A stretch of DNA of 64,000 bases. Source: Sporopachydermia quercuum. Taxonomy: Eukaryota. The stretch is from contig BCGN01000009.1 of the NCBI GenBank assembly GCA_001599295.1, positions 434,001 to 498,000 of the forward strand, in the 5' to 3' direction. Made by a program: the position numbers and the translations under genes. The notes beneath the pieces are model-generated. The model did no database searches. It saw only the letters and a list, made by a program, of their open reading frames with translations, and had not been told where the DNA came from. Within the stretch, counting starts at the first letter, position 1. Each line of letters opens with the position of its first letter. Positions 36,696 through 46,638 of the stretch are shown here, piece after piece.

Positions 36696-39600
36696 ATGAC
36701 AGAGAAACCTCTTTCGGCTTATAACTCGATGACGTTTGACAACTCTGTCTCTCTCAGAGTTGATGCTGCTGTAGGATCAATGTCTATTAGTCCTTCCGGC
36801 AGAGACGCTGTCCTGGCTTCCCGCAGAGGCCTCTACATTGTTGATCTAGACGATCCTTTTTCTCCACCTCGCTGGCTGCATCATATGACCTCCTGGGAAG
36901 TTGCTGACGTCCAGTGGTCTCCTCATGCTACTAGACCTTACTGGGTGGTGTCTACTAGCAATCAAAAGGCAATGGTTTGGAATCTAGCGCGCAGTAGCTC
37001 AGATGCTATAGAGCATGTTCTCCATGGCCATTCTAGAGCTATAACTGATATCAACTTCCACCCCGCGATCCCTACCCAACTAGCTACCTGTTCTATTGAC
37101 ACTTTCGTCTTAGCATGGGATCTGCGTACTCCTCAGCGCGCAGCTCAGAAGTTTGCTGATTGGAGAGCAGGTGCCACGCAGGTGAAATGGAGTTATCATG
37201 ATCCAAACGTACTTGCCTCCAGCCATGATGAAAATTTACTTGTGTGGGATATCAGAAATGGGTCTGTTCCAGTACAACAGATCCATGCGCATGTGGCTAA
37301 AGTGAATGGAATAGATTTCAGTAAGACGAATGGGTCGGGAATAATCACGTGTTCGAACGAGGCGGTAGTTAAATACTGGGACTTCAGGAAATCTAGTGCT
37401 GAGCCACAATGGAGCATTAAGACAGATTTCCCTATTTGGAGGGCCCGGCATATCCCCTTTGGTAGTGGTTGTGGCATTATGCCGCTCCGAGGAGGGAATA
37501 ACTCGATTTATGTCGTCAATATTGAAGGGAGAACCGGAGAATCATTTCTAGATCCAGTACATGTATTTGAGGGCCACACGGAACCGGTAAAAGAGTTCTT
37601 GTGGCGGTCCAGGAGTGAAAGCGAGACGGTTGACGATCGGGAGTTTCAATTGGTTACGTGGTCCAAGGACAGTGATTTAAGGTTATGGCCTGTGAATGAG
37701 GAGATCTACGAACGGCTAAATTTTACTCGGTTTAAAGATGCCCCACCGCCATCAACCCGACGCGGGGCACCGTATGTAACTTACAGGGAAGAACCCGATG
37801 CAGCGTTAGGGTTAGGGGGACTAGCGGTCCGCAATAACACTAACCACTTACTTCGGAATTATAACCGGATTTGGAATAGCAACCGAGGTAATGATTCCGG
37901 CAAAGATGGCAATACCAGAGGCAATAATGCTGGAAACAATGCCGGAAGTAAATCCAATAAAACTGGGGTTAGACAAAGAAAAGCTTTCATGACAGGAACT
38001 TCATATCATCCTTCCGTTAAGGAGAAAAACGATTTCCATTTGAACTGGCTGTCCGGTGTTCGGATCGGAAGAGCCGCATTTGCCCCAAACTTACTTCTTT
38101 ATCCGTCTAGTGACCCAAATAAGGTATCCGGTTTATCCCTAGCAGCATCACATGACTTTGCATTAAACGAATTCCCAACCGGAACGCATCCGGGAAATCT
38201 CGGAGAAGAAATTAGCATTATGGGACACAAGTTCCCAAAAGTCCGGTTTGAAAAAATCTCCGTTTCTACGGGAAATATCGTAATCTCCTTGAATGGACCT
38301 TGGACAGAGAATCCCGATACGGAAAACAAGTTAGTGTTTCTCCGAATTGAGATCGATTTCCCCGACAATTACCCCAATTCGGGTAATCCACCCGTTTTCA
38401 CAATTGAAGAGAACTCCGATCTGGGTAGTTCTATCCGGACGGAAATAATAACTCAACTGAAGGTAATTTCGGAAAAGTATACAAATGCCGGAAGATATTG
38501 CTTAGAACCTTGTTTAAGATTTTTAATGGGAGAAAAGATATCTTCGGAAATGATAGAAGAACATCTAGCAGATGCCGCGTTAGATGCACTTGACGTTGAA
38601 GGCCTAATACCAGAGAATATGAGAATGGATGAGGAGAATACCGGAGATAATAACGGGAAGCTAAACTTTGATCTCAAGGACAGTGACCGAGCGAGTATAA
38701 ATACCGGACAACTGTCAGATATTGAAATTGGAGGTGGTAGCTCTGAAGATAACGATGAAGACAACGATGAATTAATCCCGATAGTGAATAACGGAGAAGA
38801 TGATACGGGCAATAACGGAAAAGGTGTCGGAGGAGGGTTAGGTAATCAATATAACGGTAAAGGCGGAATTTCGTTTGATTCTACGCCGCTGCCGAAAGGT
38901 TGTGGTGCAGTTTGGACAGAAACAGGGAAATTGGTTTGTTTTTTCATTCCAAAACTAGAAGAGAAACATAAACCTAATTTGATGCTTTTCGACGAAAAAG
39001 GGTTTATTATGAGCAAATCAAGGAAAATATCGGATAAGGTTTCGGAAGGGAAAGATGGTGGTTCGGAAGGTAATCTGGAAACTGTGCCAGCAAAGGAAGC
39101 CTTGACGAAAGATTCAGACAAAACAGGAAATGATGTTACCCGAACAGTCAATGATCCTGATAAAAACTCGAACCCTAATTCTGCTTTAAATTACGACTCT
39201 GAAGGTTCTTCCGATGCCGATTCCGATGCNGATTCCGATGCCTACTCCGTGTCTTCTTCTTCATCTTCTTCCTCTTCCTCTTCCGACAGTTCTTCCGTCG
39301 TGAGCAATGATTGGGACGACATAGCTGATATCGGATTTACTGCTCCTGTCGGAAGAGTACCGGGCTTATTCCGAACCGCTCTTGGGTTTAAACCCTATGG
39401 CGGAAGATTACCCGAGCATGTTCCGTCAGTAAGCGGCTTTTCTCAAGGCACGGCAAACTCTAAGCTAAGCGGATCTAAGCATACAACTTCAAACCGGAAC
39501 ATAGTTGCAATACATGATTTCGGACATTTACTGCCTGCAAAGATTGAATTTGGAGCCGAATATGAAATTATTGGTGATACACCGGAAAAGATAGCCGGAT

Positions 39601-41287
39601 ACAATGCGGCAATCTCTTCCCCTTCCAGCAAAGACGCGTCCTCCTCTGCTTCCTTTGTGTACGATTGCTGGAAACTACTGGAGATTTTATTGGTGAAGGA
39701 TATGAAGTTATCACGTGATTCTCGGGAAATGGAGGCTATTATTCGGTCTGATTTCGGAGTCCNGTTCAATAGTGGTTTGTTTGGTAATGCTTCCGACGTT
39801 GAGCAACATAATTTCCGGTTTTTCTGGGGAACGCATCCTTTTGGAGGTTTATGGTTAACTAAGCAATTGTAAGTATTTGATAATTTTTGGGGTAGCGGCA
39901 TGGGGGTAGTGGTGGAGTAGTGGTGGGCAGTTCATCTCCTCCTACTACTACTACCACTATATTACTGTCACTACTATTACTTCTACTAACACACTCTAGA
40001 ATGTCGTTCTTTGAAACTACAGGTAACATCCAAATGCTTGCAATGCTCTCCTGTATTTTCTTTGAACATCACCAAAACAAAAACAACGTGAACGTACCTA
40101 TAAACGCTCCTTTCAATGCTGACGATTGGTCTTCTAATCACATCGACTCCAAATTGACCTTGCCTATGGGAAACTCCACTTATCATCATTTGAACCATCC
40201 TGCATATTCATCAACACAGGTTACACCAGCAACACCGTTTACCCCATTTATTCATAGAACCAGCTACCAGCGATCAACAACAAGTGCATCTTCAGGAGTA
40301 ACCCATTTAAGTCAATTGAATTCCAGCGGGAAGGAATTCCCGTTTAAACGGAACTCGCCTGATGTTCATGTACCTATATTAGGGCCTGCGTCAGCCGCGC
40401 ATATTCCCAGTAATAAACGGAATGAGACTCCATCGTCACTGGAAAGTATAGGTNTTACAGACTCTCCAGATAGAGTGGTCATTTTAGGCTCGAAATTTCA
40501 AGGTCCTGGTCAAGGTCCTTTTTTAAGAAGCAGAAACAGCTATGAACATAAAGAACGTGAGAGCTCGCATTGTAGCAGCAATTTCGGCGACAGAGAGTCA
40601 ACGGGAATCAACCAAAGACTTTCAAATATAAGAAAGCGTCAAGGAATACGGCTAGAGGAAATGGAAATGAGTCAGGGTCATTCTAATATGGTCCCACCGT
40701 TGAATAGTAGGACTTCCAGTTCTAATTCTGGGTCAATGGTAAACGTAGACTTTGTCAAAAATAGCGGAAATAATGCTACCAACAGTAAAATGCCAAAAGT
40801 GAAAGTGGAAATGATGAATGAACGTACTTTAGACTTACATGAAGATATGTATGCATTACCGTTGCTTGACAGTAAAGATGAAATCAAATTCAAGCGTTAT
40901 CGGGAACAATATGCAGAGATGTTGTTTTTATGGAGCTTGCCAATAAAACGTCTGGAAATATTGAAATACAACTATGCTAATATCAGCGATGAGAAAGGAT
41001 ATATTCCATCCCCAAAGTTCAAAGAGCATGTGGCGCATATTGGGTGGAGGTTTCCGAAGCCGGAAAGTAAAGTCACGCGGGCTTCGATCTCTTCGTTGGG
41101 CAATTCCGAGCAGAAAAGAATATACCAGGATTGCAATTTCTGTGGGTTAAAAGTCCGAAAACGGTTTTTCATGTGCACGAAATGTGAGCACTTGTTGCAT
41201 GCAAAGTGTGCCTCGGAATGGTGGGACGATGATAATTGGGAGTGCCCTACAGGTTGTGGATGTGAATGTTTGAAGAATACGATATAG
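36696..41287 (+). CDS. MTC5: SEACAT/GATOR2 subunit Mtc5/Sea3 (WDR59): WD40 repeats, RWD domain and C-terminal RING-like Zn finger; 2 exons, 1486 aa
   Basis: SISPSGRDAVLASRRGLYIVDLDDPFSPPRWLHH, WEVADVQWSPH, RWD segment, HPFGG.WL, QMLAMLSC and CPTGCGC.C. Intron 39869-39999 (GTAAGT..TACTAAC..TAG) joins the two ORFs. Confidence 0.95.
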
Positions 41288-41896
41288 CGAATACAGCGGA
41301 AAAAGATTGAATGGGGTTTATGGTGGGTAAATAGGAATTAATGTAAATATAGCATGTGATATCGAGATGGAATCTGTAGGAAGCAAGGGTACCGGATTTG
41401 ATGGAATAGCGGAAGTAATAATTTGGGGCGATATGAGAAGTTCGGAAATGATATATACATACCGAAAACGCACTACAAGATTTCATTCTTCATTCCTCAT
41501 TTTCTTTCACTTCAATTCTGCTTATTTTTCAGCTGAAAACTAAACAGTTAAACCAACCAGCTAGTGCACTCTCATTAACTGCAACCAAATTCAGCGGAAA
41601 CCACTGAAAACTATAGTTTATCTCCTTGTTTCTTTGCTCTCCTTTCTTATCTCTCAGATACCCCCAAGGAAATATCCTGTCCCATATCATGCAGCAGAAC
41701 GGGCGCTAATCCTTCTGTCCTTTCTGCCTTCTTTTCAATGCTTTCCTCATTTTGATGAAATAGCTGTTTCAATAGGCCTAAAGGAAAGAAGAATACAACA
41801 CGTAAATGCTTTGTTTTCACAGCCAATTGCTGATGTATTTATCTTGGCCTTTAATTGGNTTGTTCCTGGGAGAAAGTCTATGATTTACGAGTAGAA

Positions 41897-44378
41897 ATGG
41901 GTCATAAAGTAGCAATTATTACTGGAGCCAATAGGTATGTATTGTGGATCGGTCCTTGATGACAGTTTGATGATTATCGGGTTGATTGAGCAGTGGGGTT
42001 AGGAAAGAGAGTAAATTTGAAGGTGATGGGGAAGGTGATGGGGAAGGTGATGGGGTCAAGTTGAGATTTTGGTGCTACTTCATCTTTTTCCTGTGCTTAA
42101 AGCTGTCTACGATTGAAAGAATAGCCGTTATTGATGGAGAGATCAAATGCAAGCAAAAAGAGAGAGAGGACACGTTGTTATTACTTCGGTAGTGGCAGCA
42201 ATTGATACATATTTGCTGGATATGTGTAAATTACTGCAATTGGAGGTGATTCAGCTGGGTTTTGCTGTTTCTATGTTTCTAGACAGAAATCTGTTGTTCA
42301 ATAGTGAGTCAATGAATGATTGTGAAATAGAGAAGACACGGCAGTTAGCTGTTTAACTGTACTGTTTGCTGCTAGCTTCAGCGTGATTTATCTAATAGCA
42401 GTTTGAAATCTGTTTTATTACTGTACTTCTGATTTCATGATGAGTAAACGTGCGCTTTGGATTATCTAGCGTTTTACTGGCAGCGTAGTTGTAAACAGCA
42501 GGCTTTTGCTACTGGTCGACTTCGCTGATAACGTATCAAACAGCTGGTATAACTTGATTTCAAGCAAAAAGTCCGTTCTGAATTGCAGAGTTGCCATAAC
42601 ATATTATTTTCTTTACTTTCAGTTGCCTGCTTGTTAGATATAACAAGCTAGAGNAATAGAGTATGCAAGTATTACGAGGAACAGCAATGACCAAAGAAAT
42701 TGGGCATTAACAGCATGGATATCAATAGCAACGTTAGTACTTAAAATATCAGCATTATTCAGTGATTTATTACTACAGGAAGCACTATGTTCAGTAATCA
42801 ATTATACCTTCTCATCTTAGTATGAGATCTTATACTGTTGGTGGTTACTATCAATCTACATTGAATATGAGGGCTGAGGTCAAAAATCATCATTATAATG
42901 TGAAGGACAATTCATTATATGTCGTTCCATCATACAATCGGTTATGTACAATGATTATCAACGCTATTACCATTAATTTTGTGCGTACTAAACTATCCTT
43001 ATAGTATCGACTTGATCTATGATGTTTTTGAAGGACATTCCAGTACCAGTATACGTTAGATGCTATTGTCGATATGAACGCTGCTCTTCCTATCAATTCT
43101 GGATACTGGTATCTTTTAGAAGTAATTTCAATATTCAGTATTCGCAATTCGCGGCAATTTACAGCCTTAAGGCAGCAGGTCATTGCTATTCATCAATCCG
43201 ATAATTCTTCGCATTGTCTCCGAAATGATGAACATTATCTCCTGAATATCCAACAGTATCTCCGATATCTTCATAATATCCGATATTTCCACATTTTCTC
43301 CGATATTCTCGATACTAACTACTCATTCTCTAGTGGCCTCGGAATAAATATCGGAATCAGACTGATAGAGCAAACAGACCCTTCGGATCGCCTAACCATA
43401 ATAGTGACATCACGAACCCTACCTAGAGTCAAAGAAGTAGTAGCAGAATTGAAGCAATTCTCCCTTAAGCAATTCCACCCGGAGAAGAACCCTAGACAAG
43501 CAGAAATCGATTTCGACTACCTATTGATNGATTTCGCCAACATGGTATCAATTCTCAGTGCCAGCTATGAACTTAACAACAAATACTCTCATATCAACTA
43601 CTTGTTTGCCAACGCTGCCGGCAGTGCCAACGGAGGTATCAACTGGCTGAAAGCTATAACAGAAATCGCCCTACACCCCATAGAAGGAGTAACCAATCCT
43701 ACATATAAAATTCAACGGAAAGGTATCAAAAGTAGTGACGATATGGGTTTTGTTTTCCAAGCAAACGTCTTTGGTCCTTATTATTTCATTCATTTGATTC
43801 GTCCTTTGCTGTCTGCTTGTCAGGGAAGAGTAGTTTGGATCTCCAGTTTGATGAGTCAGCCAAAACATCTTTCGTTCAACGACTTCCAGCTATTGGAGTC
43901 TCCAGTACCTTATGAAGGATCAAAACGGTTGATTGATCTGTTGCATTTGGGAATTTATGAAAAACTCAGTAGAGAGAGCAACATCTATTCCTTTGTTACT
44001 CATCCTGGCATATTCCAGTCGAATTCCTATCTACAGTACTTGAATTTCTTTACTCTCTATGGCATGTTGATGTTGTTTTATATAGCCAGATTGCTCGGTT
44101 CTCCGTGGCATACGATTGATGGATATAGAGCTTCTAAAGCTATTGTATGGGCTGCATTAGAAGCAGATCCTCAAGCTGGAGCTGGAGCTGGAGACAAACA
44201 GAATGTGAAATATGGATCAGCAGTGCGAATGAATGGCCATGCATATATCAAAGTGGAGGAAATAGACAAAACTGGGGCAGCAGACGTTGTTAAGTATTTA
44301 GATGGGCTGGTGGCCGAATGGGATGAAAAGTTGAAAGATCAGATTATTGACACCCGTCAGAGGTATAAACTGTTGTGA
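41897..44378 (+). CDS. ERG27: 3-keto-steroid reductase, 2 exons, 360 aa
   Basis: Exon 1 (41897-41934) encodes MGHKVAIITGAN+AG. Exon 2 (43334-44378) begins T-GGC, completing TGANSGLGINIGIRLI. It also has TSRTLP, FQANVFGPYY, YEGSKRLIDLLH and HPGIF. Confidence 0.93.
41935..43333 (+). other. 1399-nt spliceosomal intron of ERG27
   Basis: GTATGT donor, TACTAAC at 43313-43319 and TAG acceptor at 43331-43333. It is needed to assemble the TGxxxGxG dinucleotide-binding motif. Confidence 0.88.
42019..42055. repeat. (GAAGGTGATGGG)x3 tandem repeat in the ERG27 intron
   Basis: Three perfect 12-bp units. Confidence 0.9.
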
Positions 44379-46480
44379 AGAAAAAGAGGAAGAGTGCTTG
44401 TAAGCAGAGAGTTGATAAGGAGAGAGAACTCCAAGCAATGCAAAACTGCTGATGGTACTACGTAGAAAAAGATTTAGGTAGTTGATGATTTAATATAAGT
44501 ATTGATAGGTGTAGAATAGTCAATATACAATAGACAACCCAAACAGAGCAAAGGAAAACCAATCCTTAGATTGGAAGCTTTTCTGCTTATTTGATGAACT
44601 GAGGCTCTTAAGTCGTTAGAAATATAATGTTTATAATCACTATTTCGTTGTGCTTAGTAGAAGATTGGATAGACCATTCATGCTCAATGGAGGTTTCGCA
44701 CAGGTGAATGCTAAGGAGAGAAAGTCACCTAGCGGCAGTACTCAGTTCCCACGGACCAGCCAATTCAGCCATCTGTCCTGGTGCAGCAGTTCATCTANAA
44801 TTACACCTACACCTACAGTAGGTAGCTATATAGCATCTATCATAGGAAGGTTAGGGATAATGCTGATATGAACGAAGAGACCAAACGGCAAACAAAATAA
44901 AAACCGACATCACAGGGTGGATACAGTATCAATTAAGAGCATCTCAAAGGCTGGACCTGACTCATGGCATGTTTGGCCTTCTGGTTTGGCCTTCTGGCTA
45001 ACATTGGTAAGCTGCTCCATGCTCTGTCGTCGTCGTCGAAGTTTCCCATTCGACTGCAGGTTCTCAATTATTCTATTTGAATTGTTGAATTCCGTTGTAA
45101 CCATTGAAACCTCAGCTTTCAACTACCTACAGAAGTTTTCAGCTTCCACTGACCTGCTTGCTTTGACTGCTACAAACAGCACTCAAAGCGTACTGATATT
45201 TGCTACTTATAAGCCCTGAAGTCAGAGAACATCGCTCAGGGAACTGTTGAGTACTTTTTTTCTGCAGAGGGATATAGATTGCCAGGAAGATAGCTGCTGA
45301 CTGAAATACGAAATGATTTATACTGTATGTGTACAAGAACAGAATAGCCATGTAGTACGTCTTCACGATGATTCAGTAGAATGATAGTTATGTTGATGAG
45401 TGGTGTCTAATTGAATAGAAGATTGAATAGAAGATGAATAGCAATGATAAATAGTCGATTAGAATTCAATCAGGTGGAATGTAATCGAATAGTAGCTAAC
45501 AGATAATTCTATAATGAACAGAATGTAAACAACTTCATGATTAGCACTATGGCTAGAACTAGTACACAAACATTAATTTGAATGTAATGTAACACACAGT
45601 ATGTATTTAGTCTATTTGAATATTGAGATAATTATAGGCTTATTATTACAATTTATTCCTGCAAGTTTATTATTACAATATTATTATATAGGTTTATTGG
45701 TTTATTGTTATATATATTGATAACAATGTAAGTATCGTTTCTATGCTTGCTGACGTTTGCTGTTACTACGTTAAATGCTTAGTTGTACTGTTGATATAAC
45801 TAAGTTGTATAAATGCTCTTTGAATATTAATGATGGTACGTTGATTTAACTTCATTTGCTGGTATATTTTNATATTTATTTCAAAATCCGGTATCAGGTA
45901 TTTCTCACTCCTCCATCAACTTATGGCCTAGCCTCGCCTGCTACTAAATTGAGATTAGTTCTTGACAACCCAATAACTGCTTCCATTCATGANCTTTATC
46001 AAATACCATGCAAGTTTCAGCGATAGCTCTTTCCATCAAGTTCAGTAGGAATTTGTTTCATACGCTGCTATGTGCGGCTAGTTTATTGTTAGTCTTCTAT
46101 TCACAACNTACTATAACATATCAATACAATTAACAGCAAATACAAACACCTAAAAATAATAAACAAACAGGACAAAAGCTATATCTTGATTACATAGTAT
46201 ATAAATAACACAGTAGAAAGAAAGAAAGAAAGAAGANAAAGAAACAAATGGAATATGACAAAGAGCCAAAAATTCAGATATTCGTTTTCCATTCAATTCG
46301 CAATCAAGAAAAGAAAGGAAAGGTAAGGNAAGGAAAACGAGAAAGAGAAGCAAAAAGAAGAGTACTTGGCAGGTTTCTGATATTTCGTTTGTTGGCTTGA
46401 AGTGCTGGCAGATTGTACTAGAATATATAGANAAGTTCAGCTGAATTGGACAGTTGAGCATGGTGAACTACCAATTGGCA

Positions 46481-46550
46481 AGCATACGGTAGCAGACTGT
46501 AGCACACTGTAGCATATTATAGCATAGTGCAGCTCATCGAAGCATACAAT
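46481..46550. repeat. Degenerate 10-bp minisatellite (AGCAnAnnGT-like, 7 units) downstream of SAC6
   Basis: AGC recurs at exact 10-bp spacing from 46481 to 46541. Confidence 0.7.
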
Positions 46551-46638
46551 TAGCTGCTCTGACTAGTATCAATCTTAAACATAGNATTACTCATTCAACT
46601 CCACACAATGCCTTACAATTCTACTCTAAGCCTCAATC

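Noticed and set aside
41934..42830. Nested or stwintron splicing of the ERG27 intron using AG|TATGA at about 42820
   Set aside because: Removing the extra G would shift the frame of exon 2, and there is no good internal branch point.
43074..43333. ORF-track N-terminus of ERG27 (MNAALPINSG...)
   Set aside because: It is intron sequence that happens to be open. It lacks the VAIITGxxS strand found at 41897-41934 and contains TACTAAC..TAG.
44650..45366. Cluster of 70-100 aa ORFs between ERG27 and SAC6
   Set aside because: No recognisable motifs, codon bias or splice structure, and no LTR or terminal-repeat signature.
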